Positions 36,001 through 48,075 of a stretch of 64,000 nucleotides of DNA are shown here, piece by piece. The stretch is from Macrostomum hystrix. Lineage: Eukaryota > Animalia > Platyhelminthes. The notes under the pieces were generated by a model, which saw only the letters and a program-made list of their open reading frames with translations, did no database searches and had not been told where the DNA came from. The DNA lies in assembly GCA_950097015.1 (NCBI GenBank), contig CATNEN010000039.1, positions 11,222,001-11,286,000 of the forward strand, written 5' to 3'. Position 1 is the stretch's first letter. Every line of letters begins with the position of its first letter. The position numbers and the translations under genes were made by a program.

Positions 36001-39000
36001 ACCTTCAGGGCTTTACCTTCTCTGACCTTCAGGGCTTTCCCTTCACTGACCTTCAGGGCTTTCCCTTTGTTAATCCGTGTTTTTAACACTAATGTGTTCG
36101 TCAGGTCTGTACATGAACGATCTGGTGTACATCGACGCCTGCTACCCCAGTTCAGGGGGGCTGCTGGAGACCCAGTCTCGCACGGACCAGATGAACAACA
36201 TCTGTCGAATCATTTCAGAGAATCAACAGTCAATCTATAGTGAGCATTTTTCAGCATTATATTAAGCAATTAGGAGAAAGGCAAAATGACGAAGCATCTC
36301 CTGTTTTTTCGCAGTCTTTCCCAGCAAGCCTCACATTAGACGCTACCTGGAGTCGCAGAGCTATCTGGAAGAGATGCAGAGCCTAATAGAGACTGAGAAC
36401 TACAATCTTTCGCTAGAGCTGGAGCCTAAGCAAGGCTCGGACAGTCAGCTGATTGGCGGCCGGTCGCCAGGGCTACAGGAAGGCGACTCGCGGCGACAGC
36501 AGCAGCGCCCTGTCATTGGCCAGCATTATCAGCAGCCAGATTCTATGCAGCTGAGGCCTCCGCTAATCGCCGACTATGGCAATGTCTACGGAAATGGCGC
36601 CAACTGCGTCACCGTTATTTCTCACCGCAAATCCAAGAGTATGGGAGATGCGTGAGTTAGATTTCATGCTGCTCACGGCTATGAAGAGAGAGGATACAGT
36701 ACAGGCGGTTGAGGGAAATAGAGCAGGTGTTAGAGTGGGACAGGACAGGTGTTAGAATGGGACAGAACAGGTGTTAAAATGGGACACAACAGGTGTAAGA
36801 ATGGGACACAACAGGTGTTAGAATGGGACACAACAGGTGTTAGGATGGGACAGAACAGATGGTTTGTGAACAGGTGGTAGATGGGTAGAGAACAGGTGGC
36901 AGATGGGTAGAGAACAGGTGTTAGATGGGTAGAGATGGGTAGAGAACAGGTGTTAGATGGATAGAGAACAGGTGTTAGATGGGTAGAGATGGGGAGAGAA
37001 CAGGTGGCAGATGGGTAGGGATGGGGAGAGAACAGGTAAACCTGGATTTCTGGGCTTTCTGTACATTTCAGTTTTTTCGATGTTTATCAATCAACATCCG
37101 AGACAGATTCGCCGCCAACGTGAGAGAGACCCTGTGCTATTTGTTCCTAGACGTTTAGCTCTTTATTTGTTTGCGGTCACATTATATTTGATTTCACTTT
37201 TTGCTCTAATGAGACAAGATCGTCATGTTGTTAGGCACCTAAACACAATTCTCTATCCTTGTTCCTCTCACTGCAGACCCAATAACTAGTAAGACAATCC
37301 GTAGCAGAAATGGCAGTTCCAAATCAGAGAATGGCACTATCAATAACAGAAATGGCAGTTCCAAATCAGAGAATGGCACTATCAATAACAGAAATGGCAG
37401 TTCCAAATCAGAGAATGGCACTATCAATAACAGAAATGGCAGTTCCAAATCAGAGAATGGCACTATCAATAACAGAAATGGCAGTTCCAAATCAGAGAAT
37501 GGCACTATCAATAACAGAAATGGCAGTTTCCGATTGAAGAATGGCACTATCTGTAGCAGAAATGGCAGTTTCCGATTGAAGAATGGCACTATCTGTAGCA
37601 GAAATGGCAGTTTCCGATTGAAGAATGGCATTATCAATAACTAAAATGGCAGTTTCCGATTGAAGAATGGCACTATCTGTAGCAGAAATGGCAGTTTCCG
37701 ATTGAAGAATGGCACTATCTGTAGCAGAAATGGCAGTTTCCGATTGAAGAATGGCATTATCAATAACTAAAATGGCTGTTTCCGATTGAAGAATGGCACT
37801 ATCTGTAGCAGAAATGGCAGTTTCATAGTTTTTTTATTTATTATAAGTTAAAAGAACTCCTGGCTTAATTACATTTGAGCACACTCCCACATCTCGGCAG
37901 GTCTGCAATGCAGGGCTACGGTGTCTACAACAATGGCTCAAGCCCAGCTAGAAAGCCGGTCGCCGCAGCTGCAGCCGTCGCCGGCATCAACCCAGTTCTG
38001 CTGAGCATGTCCGCCAATCAGCGCAATGTGATGGACGCGCGCAGGAATCTCATTGACGATTCGCTGCCCGAGTCCAGTGAGTCCTGCTAGTTGCTATGGA
38101 AACCGAATGCCTGTTCAACGATTGTCTCCCGATCCAGTCCCGACTCTTAAACAAGAATAATACAGTCAGTACATTGACTATAAGAGTGAGCGCTGACGCG
38201 TCGAACTTGTGGGCGTCCTTTAGTCTACCCAGGGGTCGGCAAACTTACTAACATAAGAGATGTGTCACATGGGCCGCATTGACAGTAAAATATGAGATAA
38301 GGAGGGATGCGACACATGAGAGATGAGACAGGGGATAGATAAGACAGGGGAGAGATAAGATAGGGGAGAGATGAGACAGGGGAGAGATAAGACACGGGAT
38401 AGATAAGACAGGGGAGAGATAAGACACGGGATAGATGAGACACGGGATAGATAAGACAGGCGAGAGATAAGACACGGGATAGATGAGACAGGGGAGAGAT
38501 ATGACACGGGATAGATGAGACACGGGATAGATACGACAGGCGAGAGATAAGACACGGGATAGATAAGACAGGGAAGAGATATGACACTGGATAGATGAGA
38601 CAGGGGAGAGATAAGACACGGGATAGATGAGACACGGGATAGATAAGACAGGCGAGAGATAAGATAGGGGAGAGATGAGACAGGGGAGAGATAAGACACG
38701 GGATAGATAAGACGGGAGAGATAAGACACGGGATAGATGAGACAGGGGAGAGATATGACACGGGATAGATAAGACAGGCGAGAGATAAGACACGGGATAG
38801 ATAAGACAGGGGAGAGATAAGACACGGGATAGATAAGACACGGGATAGATGAGACAGGGGAGAGATATGAAACGGGATAGATGAGACAGGGGAGAGATAT
38901 GACACGGGATAGATGAGACAGGCGAGAGATAAGATAGGGGAGAGATGAGACAGGGGAGAGATAAGATAGGGGAGAGATAAGACACGGGATAGATAAGACA

Positions 39001-41562
39001 GGGGAGAGATAAGACACGGGATAGATAAGACAGGCGAGAGATAAGACAGGGAAGAGATATGACACGGGATAGATGAGACAGGGGAGAGATAAGACACGGG
39101 ATAGATAAGACAGGCGAGAGATAAGATAGGGGAGAGATGAGACAGGGGAGAGATAAGACACGGGATAGATGAGACAGGGGAGAGATATGACACGGGATAG
39201 ATGAGACACGGGATAGATAAGACACGGGATAGATAAGACAGGCGAGAGATAAGACACGGGATAGATAAGACAGGGAAGAGATATGACACGGGATAGATGA
39301 GACAGGGGAGAGATAAGACACGGGATAGATGAGACACGGGATAGATAAGACACGGGATAGATGAGACAGGGGAGAGATAAGACACGGGATAGATAAGACA
39401 GGGGAGAGATAAGACACGGGATAGATAAGACAGGGGAGAGATAAGACACGGGATAGATAAGACAGGGGAGAGATAAGACACGGGATAGATAAGACACGGG
39501 ATAGATGAGACAGGGGAGAGATAAGCACGGGAGGAGTAAGACACGGGAGAGACGAGACCGAGCAAAGGTGACACGGGAAAGACAAAACAGGATACTGAAT
39601 CTGTCGGCAGGGGCAACGGGCCGGATTTGAGAGCTTCAAAGGCCGCATCTTGCACGCGGGCTGGAGTTTGCCGGCATCTTGATCTAACCTCACAATTCCT
39701 ACTCAAACTCAATATTCAGCTGCCGACATCAGCAACCTCAGTCTGTGCTCCATAGCGGCGACATCCGCCGCGCCCGCCGTCTCCGTCTCCGCCGCTACGC
39801 CGCCCTCTCCGAAGCCGCAGCCGCCATCGTCTCCGACCCTATCGCTGTTGAGAAATTCAAAAAAAGTTAGTTCTGAGGCCCTCCTTGCTAATTGAGCAGA
39901 GCGAGGGAATGATTGAGCCGGTTAAACCTCTGAGACCTGAAGTGCTTATTTAATAAATAATAAATAAGGGGGATGGCAGCGAGATGAAGATGTAGAAACG
40001 GTGGAACATTTGGTAGATTAGAAAAGAAAATTGGTAAATTGGTAGAGAACAGGTGGTTGATGGAGAGAGAACAGTTGGTAGAGGGAAGAAGGGAGGTAGT
40101 AGAGTTGAGAAAGCAGGTAGTAGAGTTTTAAAAAGCTGATAGTAGAGTGGAGAAAGCAGATAGTAGAGTGGAGAAAGCAGATAGTAGAGTGGAGAAAGCA
40201 GGTAGTAGAGTGGAGAAAGCAGGTAGGGGAGAGAACAGAGATACAGGGGGAGAGAACAGGTGGTGGAGGGGGAGAGAACAGAGATATTGGGGGAGAAAAC
40301 TGGTGGTGGAGGGGGAGAGAACAGTGATACAGGGGGAGAGAACAGGTGGTGGAGGGGGGAGAACAGGTGGTGGAGGGGAGAGAACAGAGATAGGGGAGGC
40401 ACGAAATGGAGTGTGCTGCGATGAACGATACAGGGTCATCTGATAGGGGGTGGAGTTAGCAAACGAACGATGCGGAAATAACGGGCGGGTCGCAAAGGAT
40501 CAATAGTCGATGCAATGTACACAGGTGACAGGAAAAAGCGGGGCATTAGCAAATGGCCATCGCCTCAGCGGCTTGCTCTGCTTCCACAGGCTGCCAGTTG
40601 CAGCTTCAACGATTCGCCCGGCTCCCAGCCGCAGCCGCCTAACCAGATTCGCGTGCCGCTGACAGCGCCCTTGGAGCCGCTTTGCCGCGGCCCGCTAGAG
40701 CGAAAGTCCATCTTCAAACTGGGCAGGCGGCAGTCCAGATCCCGCTACCAGAGATTCTGGGCTGAGTTAAGCCTCACTGCCACTGGCCCGGAGCTGCGGC
40801 TGTATCCGCCCAGCCAGCGACTCCTCCTGCCTTCGTCCGCTGCCGGCGCCGATCGTCGGCACTACAAGGAGGCTTGGAAGCACTCGCAGCCGTTGGCCAA
40901 CGCGTCACTGGTTGAGGACGTCAGCGAGGCTGACACTGCGCCAGCTGCCGGCGGCTCTCGTGGAAAGCGAACCGCCTTTCAGATTAACTTTGACGACCAG
41001 TGCGGTGAGCTGAGTTCCATTCTCATATCCCATTCTCATATCATATCCATTCTGTTATCCTATTCTCATATCCCAGTCTCATGTCCCATTCTCATATCCC
41101 ATTTTGTTATCCCATTCTCATATCCCATTTTGTTATCCCAGTCTCATATCCCATTCTCATATTCCGTCCTCCCTTTTCTCAAATTATTCATTGCACTAAT
41201 CTCTAGCAGTTTGTCAAGATCCCGTTTTCCTAGAAATGCAAGCTAAATCCCTACAATGGGCACGTGCTCATGCAGATGGCGCAATCGCCAGGCACCACAC
41301 CTCGCTATCGGGCCTGAAGTTCAGCAGCTACAAGTACCGTGTCTGTCATGCGAGCTCTAGCCGGCACCATGCGCAGCTGCCCACCCGCGATCAGTGGGTG
41401 GCCGTGATTCGCCAGGCCATCGACATGTGCCGCCAGGAGAAGTCGCTCATTGACTTCAACGACGCGCCCGGAGTCGCTGACTCTGGTCCTCCTGCTTCAG
41501 TAGCGTCCGCCACCACCGCCTCAAGTAGTCGCAGCGCCAGCCTGGAATGGACCTGCCTGTGA
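33077..41562 (+). CDS. RALGPS: Ral guanine nucleotide exchange factor with PH domain (RalGPS)
   Basis: Phase-consistent exons 33077-33091, 33563-33835, 34473-34878, 36105-36239, 36315-36651, 37901-38076, 39720-39865, 40590-41004, 41276-41562. N-terminal CDC25 domain without REM ([37 protein letters not shown]), [16 protein letters not shown], and a C-terminal PH domain. Confidence 0.9.
33185..33465. repeat. 46-bp minisatellite, about 6 units (RalGPS intron 1)
   Basis: ATCAACCCATCAATCACTATTAATCAATCAACACAAACCAGCCGCT repeated. Confidence 0.9.
33969..34390. repeat. 28-bp minisatellite, about 15 units (RalGPS intron 2)
   Basis: AGATCTCCAGTGTGAGTTTTGATCTGTG repeated. Confidence 0.95.
34893..36068. 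repeat. 24/26-bp minisatellite interrupted by a ~200-bp unique insert (about 35768-35970)
   Basis: CCTTCAGGGCTTTCCCTTCTCTGA / CCTTCAGGGCTTTCCCTTTACACTGG units. Confidence 0.95.
36715..37040. repeat. Degenerate ~20-bp purine-rich minisatellite
   Basis: AGAACAGGTGTTAGATGGG variants; related units at about 40030-40400. Confidence 0.8.
37300..37825. repeat. 42-bp minisatellite, about 12 units in two sub-variants
   Basis: AGAAATGGCAGTTCCAAATCAGAGAATGGCACTATCAATAAC, then AGAAATGGCAGTTTCCGATTGAAGAATGGCACTATCTGTAGC. Confidence 0.95.
38230..39681. mobile_element. Non-autonomous hAT-Charlie-like element carrying an expanded 16-bp minisatellite (about 38315-39530)
   Basis: Left TIR CAGGGGTCGGCAAACT, right end AGTTTGCCGGCATCTTG, subterminal GGGCCGCA/CGCGGGC motifs, TCTA-containing flanks (agtctacc/atctaacc); internal (GAGATAAGACACGGGA/GAGATGAGACAGGGGA)n. 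Confidence 0.7.
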
Positions 41563-43216
41563 CCTGTGGGTGGGCTTGGAAGGCCATCGGTCGCATTTTG
41601 AGTTTTACCTAGCAGAAGTATCACCGGTTAGTTAAACAATTTACCAGTGCAAAACTGGTTTTACCTGTTAACTGTCAATGAAGGATTTCTATGATAATTT
41701 AGCACAAAAATAAAATTCTAGATAAAAATAACAGCTTGCTAACATAAATAATTTGATGATTTGAAAATGGCAGTTAAAAATTTAAATGCCTTCAAAAATG
41801 GCACTGGCAATCTGGCAATAGTCGATAAAAATGGCGCCCAATTGCTGTGCGATTAAATAATTTCAATCATATGTTTTTCCTTTCGCGTCATTCAGCTACA
41901 AAAAATCGTACATAAGATTCGCTACTTACAGATGGATTTATATATTAGTTGCTTGTCGACTGTCTCACTTGTGATACTAGTAGCTTGACTGATGTTTAAC
42001 CACAGCTTTTTGTTTGTTTGTTTTTTGTTTATCTGTTCTCGTGATCGCGTGTCTACAAAGATGCTCATTGAAATGCTCATTTAATAGATGAAATAAAATC
42101 CCAGCTTTTCTTTTTTAATAATAAATCTATCTATACAATCCAAATCCTGCTTGTTAGAAACGTTATTTTTTTGTTTTTTTACCCTTGTTAAATCTTGAAA
42201 CTTTTCGTTCGTACTACTGGTGCGCTACTTCGTAAGTAGTAAAATTCGCTTTTGCTAGTTTTTTCAACAATCAATTGAAAGTTTTCTGTTTGCTGTTGTT
42301 AGTTTTCAAATAGATAGGGACACAACTCACTGCTTTCCGCTTTCAATCATTCGATTAGTTTTTCTATTTTTACTATTTTTTTAATGCTGTAAGGCGCCGC
42401 GCCACTTCTTGCTTGTTCACTTGTGCTAGCCATGCTACTGGGCACCATAGCTTTAAACCTGTACATTGTGTAATGCCCCGGTACGCATTGTGGCCTATCT
42501 GAAACTCATTTTCCATGGTCACCGCTGCTTCGCTGGCAATTCCGTTGTTTATCGTTTATCAACAATGCCACCCCAAAAATCATTCGCCTAGTTAACCGCC
42601 TGTACAAATTGTCACATGATTGTCTCAACGAACTGTTTGTGCTGAAAAATGCTCGCACAAATTCTAATATACTTTCACTATAATTAATAACTTCTTCATT
42701 CGACGAGTTGTTTTAGATTTTTGAGTTTTGAAAAATGACAAACGGTTTCAGCGTTCTCTGAGTTCACGTTTTTTCCGTCACTTCGGTGCTACTGCAAGTA
42801 GTGTCATGCAGGATTGACTCAGCTCGTGTCTCGCATTTTGCAATTCGTTCGCATTTGCAAATCCCCTGTCAAATCAATCATCCTTGCCGCTGTGTTCACT
42901 CGACTGTGGCTGACTGACAAAGCAACCGGGAGGGAGGTGGGGTGGGTGGGAGAACGTTTCGAGAAATTCAAGTAGAAATTTGAGACAAATTCTACTTTAT
43001 AAATCAATGCCGCATGGTGTGCTCATGCCTCACACTGCAGCTGTCTGTGGAGCCGCAAACACAACCAATCATAAAGCAAAGACTGGCGAGTCGCTGCTTT
43101 TAAACGCGGCCAGATGGGATATTTTTACAACACAGTTTTGTTCCCCACGGTTGGGATCATAGCAGATTTTGGACATTGCTGCATCATGAGCGGCCAAATT
43201 TTATTGAACAGCGCAG

Positions 43217-46200
43217 GTTTGCACCTTCCGCTAGTTGAGCTCGCCAGCCAACCGAAGGCAGAGCGACAGCTGCAGCTCCGTCAACTGCGGGGCGAACGGC
43301 CGCCGCGTTGTCGTCTGGCCGCCCTGGACCCGGACAGTTCAGCGGCTCGCTGCTGGACAGCCGCCGTGTCCGCCGCGGTTCTCTACAACCTGTGGCTGCC
43401 GCTGTTTCGGCTGACCTTCGCCGAGGTCAACGCGAGAACGGCGGCTATCTGGCTGCCGCTCGACTACGCGGCCGACTGTTTGTACCTGGCCGACATCGGC
43501 GTATCGCTGCGCACCGGCTACTTGCAGGACGGCGTTCTGCAGCTCCGTCCAGCCAAGATGCGCGCCAACTACGTCAGCAGCGGCAGATTCTGCGCTGACT
43601 GCCTCAGCCTCCTCCCCCTGGACAGCCTGTACGTGCCATTCGGCTTCAACTCTGCACTACGGCTGCTCCGCCTGTGCAAGGTGGCTCATTGCTGTCATCT
43701 GCTCGTGTGTACATGCTCGCACAAGCTGTCTTGTACATTAATTAATTCTACTGCAAAACTAATTATAAGCCCTGAAAGCTCCCGAATCCGGCGCGTCCGA
43801 CACCTATTGTATCCTGCTTCATCTTCCCGTCTCATCTCTCCTCGTGCCGTCTATCCCGTGTCCCATCTCTCCCCTAACCCATATTTCTACTGTCAATGCG
43901 GCCCGCTGTCGTCTTTTACACCTATTTGTCAAGCTTCAACCAGCAGAATATGCATGGGCACTAGCATTTGCTGGGGTAGAAATTCGCCTTTGCGTTGCGT
44001 TAGAGTACATTTACTAGGCTACAGTTAGTGTACACATTCTGTAAGTTTTAACAAGGCTAATTCTGGGTCCGCTGTTCGCCCGCCGCAGGTGTACAAGGTG
44101 GCGCAGTTCCTGGACAGCCTGGAGCGACGCGCCAGCCACCCGAACGCCGTTCGCTTTGGAAAGCTGCTGCACCACCTGCTGCTGCTGATTCACTGCAATG
44201 CCTGCCTACTGCAGCTCTGGGGTGTGGACTGTTTGTTAGAAAACTCCAGGAATAACAGCCGAGTCGTCGGTGCCGAGTCGTCGGTGGCGGAGCGCTACCT
44301 GAGCAGCCTGTACTGGAGCAGCCAGGCCGTGTCGCTAATGTCCGACCTCCCCCGAAGGCGGGCACCGGCAGCTCCCAACGGGGCCGACTGCGTGTTCGCC
44401 GCGGCCCAGATCGTCCTGGGCCTGCTGGTGTTCGCCAGCGTTCTGGGCCACGTGGCGGCGATGGTGTCGGATGCCGGCCGGGCCAGCCGGGAGTTTCAGA
44501 GTGAGTGAGGGTATGCTGCTTGCCCTGTTAAAGTCTGGGTAGCAAATGACAAGAGGAAGTTATTCCCGTTTTGCCTTGACGTTCAAGCAGCTTACACTCT
44601 CGATTGTTCGTTGACTCTGTGTGGTCGAAGTTCGACGCGTTACCGCTATACCACACACTGCAGTACACAAGACTGTAATGGAAAAGATGCAAGCAAACGA
44701 TTTTCTTGGAATCTGACAGCTGTCAGAAAATGCTGATTAATTGGGACAGGCGATCGAGGATGGAATCTAGTTATGTTTTGAATGCGAGAGAAGAGAGTAT
44801 ATTATTCTACACTGCAGTGCATTCCTCTGTCGATTCAGAAGGTATATAGTTCATCCTTGCAAGGCCGTAACCATTACCCCATAGAACTGATAAGACAGGC
44901 CCCATTAATCTCGATATCATCTTCGCAAAAAAGTAAAAAATTACAATTAAAAAACAAGCCAATTCGATGTGAACTGGTCAATTGCTATATAGACATATAC
45001 GCTCGTACTAGACCCGACGAAAATTGATTTTTATCGAGGCCTACGGGCGAATAATGGGGCTTGTACAGTGCTACAATGGTACACATTCACCATTGTGACT
45101 ATTCAATGAGGGACTCCGGATCAGGCTATACTAGCGTTTTTTATTAACTCGACTTTGCATCAAATTTATAACTCTGAAGTCATGGCGGGCTTCGAAATTT
45201 CCACTTTCTGCAAGGTCAAGTAGTGTTAGTAGATCTTATAGGACAGGAGGTCAAGTAGTGCCAGTAGATCTTATAGGACAGGAGGTCAAGTAGTGCCAGT
45301 AGATCTTATAGGACAGGAGGTCAAGTAGTGCCAGTAGATCTTATAGGACAGGAGGTCAAGTAGTGCCAGTAGATCTTATAGGACAGGAGGTCAAGTAGTG
45401 CCAGTAGATCTTATAGGACAGGAGGTCAAGTAGTGCCAGTAGATCTTATAGGACAGGAGGTCAAGTTGAACCAGTAGATCTTATAGGACAGGCAGTCAAG
45501 TTGAACCAGTAGATCTTATAGGACAGGAGGTCAAGTAGTGCCAGTAGATCTTATAAGACAGGTCAAGTTGAACCAGTAGATATTATAGGACAGGAGGTCA
45601 AGTAGTGCCAGTAGATCTTAGACAGGAGTTCAAGAGGTGTCAGTAGATCTTATAAGACAGGAGGTCAAGTTGAACCAGTAGATCTTAGACAGGAGTTCAA
45701 GAAGTGTCAGTAGATCTCATCAGATAGGAAGTAATGTAGCGTCAGTTGAAAAGTCAAGGAGTCGAGTAGTGTGTCGAGTTCTCACTAAATGTTCGTTAAA
45801 TGAAGTCTGCATGGGGAGAGTTGTGCTTTGACGGTATAATCGTAACAAGTTGCTATTGTTATGCCAACAATGCTTGCTTTCTGTTTCTCTCGACTCTCTC
45901 AGTATTTCGAAGCCAAATGGAATACTTATTGCTATCGAAGCTTCAGAAATCGATCAACTCGCGCCGTCTTTAATAATCGGCCTCTGCACCAATTCCCTTC
46001 TGAATCGATCTGCATAAGCAAATATTTAACATTTCATGCCGGCGGGCAAATAGAGAAAATATCTCGTGGGGTAGGACACGAACGTTAAGGATTATTGGCA
46101 TTCTTTGCACCAGTACTCGTTCTCACAACGCCTCTGCATCTGGCTTTTTGAATTTAGGCCAGGCGCTTTCATAATCTTCGACCAGGCTATAGAAGCAGGT

Positions 46201-47808
46201 CAAGTAGAGAGTGTACGCTTTTGAGCCAGATCGTGACTAAAAAATGAAATCTGCAATCCTAAAAATATATCGAGGGTTACTCCTTCACAGCAATTTTTAC
46301 GCTCGTAGCAGTCGTTTATTCACAAAAATTGGAAAAAATCTTAATATTAGAATCTAGGAAAGATTCAGCTAAATGATGGCAGCATGATGGAAAGGAGCTT
46401 TCTCGACGCGTCTGCGGAGGCGAGCTCAGGGACCATAGTACTTTTACTAGAGTAGCCTATAGTGCAGCGAGTCCCAGCGTCGGACGTCGTTTTGTCCTTT
46501 AGAAAGTGGACTTAACGCTGCATTGCCTCAGTTCACCCAGCTGTTAAATTGGTACCAGGATTAGCTGGGGTAATTTAGGGTGGGGTTGGCGTGCCTCCAC
46601 TCAGGTGCAATCAAGTACTAATAACTGATTAATTTATTTAACATGCCAGAATCATAAGCTGGCATGTTGAAACTTTGGCACCAAGCATCAGAGCGATTTC
46701 CCTTGCCCCGACCTAGGTCGCTTGGACAGCGTCAAGACCTACATGTCCGACCATCGCGTTCCGAGGCGGCTTCAGCGTCGAGTGATTCGCTGGTTCGACT
46801 ACCTGTGGCAGCACACCGGAGTTCATGACTGCGACGAGGCCTCGGCGCTGGCCCTACTGCCGGACCGGCTGAAGGCGGAGCTGGCCATCCAGGCGCACCT
46901 GGACACGCTGAAGCGGATAGAGATGTTTCGCAACACCGAGGAGGGCTTCCTGACTGACCTGGTGCTGCGCCTGCGCCCAGTGCTGTTCTCGCCTGGAGAT
47001 TTCGTATGCAGGAAGGGTGAGATCCTTTTGGCAGACTTTGCGAGTTCGCAGCCATTGCGTAGCGCCTTCATTCAAGCAGAGCAGACCCGTTCAGTCCATG
47101 GACTGGGCAGATAGGCGCAACAACTGCCTACATACTTACCCCAGCTAACGGGTTTGCCTCTCGCACCAATGTCCCTGAACTCGATTCCGCGGCGAGGCCA
47201 CATTTATTAGGGGCACAGCCGCGGAGTGAAGGCTTGGCGGCTTGTCGTGCAATTTACACTCTTAGGGCCAACCTCCACGGCACAGTGAAAGTGTACACTG
47301 ACTGACGATGAGAAAGTCAGGGCAGTTGTACACACCTGTGTGAGCATGTGTGCTCAGGAGTCACCTGAATGGGCAGAATTGCTTCCTTGCTGGCTGCGGG
47401 TCTATTGTCACCAAATTACCGCAGCTAATGGTGGTATTAATTCTACAGCTAGACAATTTCACTCTTCTGAACAATCCTGATCGCTAGGTGAGGTGGGCAA
47501 GCACATGTACATCGTCAGCCGCGGCAGGCTGCAGGTGGTGGAGTCCGACCCCGCAGAGGTTGGCTGCAGCAGAACCCTGGCCACTCTACAGCCGGGCTCC
47601 TACTTCGGCGAGATCTCCGTGCTCAACATGGGCCGCATGGGCAACAGACGGACGGCCTCGGTCAGGTCGGTGGGCTATTCGCACCTTTTCTGCCTGGCCA
47701 GGGCGGACCTGTGGGAGGTGCTGAAGGACCACCCGACAGCGCGGGTCAAGCTGGAGGCAATCGCGGTCAGGCGACTGAAAGCATTCGAGAGAAGGCAGTT
47801 TAACGACG
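43217..47808 (+). CDS. Cyclic nucleotide-gated cation channel subunit (CNGA/TAX-4-like); first and last exons uncertain
   Basis: Exons about 43217-43680, 44089-44500, 46717-47016, 47488-47808. LYNLW, LRTGYLQDG, LLPLD, RLLRL; C-linker RVIRWFDYLW, LPDRLKAELAI; CNBD FSPGDFVCRKGEVG..MYIV..G.L, YFGEISVL...NRRTASVRSVGYS.LFCL. Confidence 0.93.
43770..43905 (-). mobile_element. Short, unexpanded internal copy of the 38230-39681 element (opposite orientation)
   Basis: cctgaaagctcccgaatccggc...tatcctg...catatttctactgtcaatgcggccc is the reverse complement of both unique flanks of the 38.3-39.6 kb array, with only about 4 repeat units between them. Confidence 0.7.
45213..45720. repeat. 35-bp minisatellite, about 14 units (CNG intron)
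   Basis: AGGTCAAGTAGTGCCAGTAGATCTTATAGGACAGG repeated. Confidence 0.95.
46490..46600 (+). mobile_element. SINE family B core fragment
   Basis: gtcctttag...acttaacgctgcattgcctcagttcacccagctgttaaattggtacc matches the core of 53981-54279. Confidence 0.7.
47143..47430 (+). mobile_element. SINE family A copy (CNG intron)
   Basis: gtttgcctctcgcaccaatgtccctgaactcgattccgcggcgaggcc ... gctcaggagtca...gggcagaattgc...gctggctgcggg...ccgcagc. Confidence 0.85.
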
Positions 47809-48075
47809 GTGAGATTAGTCGGCGATGGTTATGCTGATGCTTAAGGCTTAACTCAAAATACGCGTCACAGAGAGCTTCCAAGAAAAATCAATAACAAAAG
47901 CCAATACATCTTACTTCATGGGATTCGAAACAGGATATTGCATTCTGGGAGGCTGACAAAATGTTTTCAAGAGTCTGCAAACACACAGGCTTCTGTTGGT
48001 CGATATTGCAATCAAACGACTTTGAAGCTCTCTCACTATTTTTTAGCTTCCAACCAAGGTTCCTCCTTGAAGGAA

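Noticed and set aside
38225-39712. Long Leu/Ser/Pro/Cys ORFs (also 47888-48937, 51013-51798, 50214-50724, 37239-37637)
   Set aside because: Translations of intronic minisatellites, mostly open in more than one frame or strand.
44870-45080. Degenerate inverted repeat, possible old MITE
   Set aside because: Ends only loosely complementary and no TSD found.
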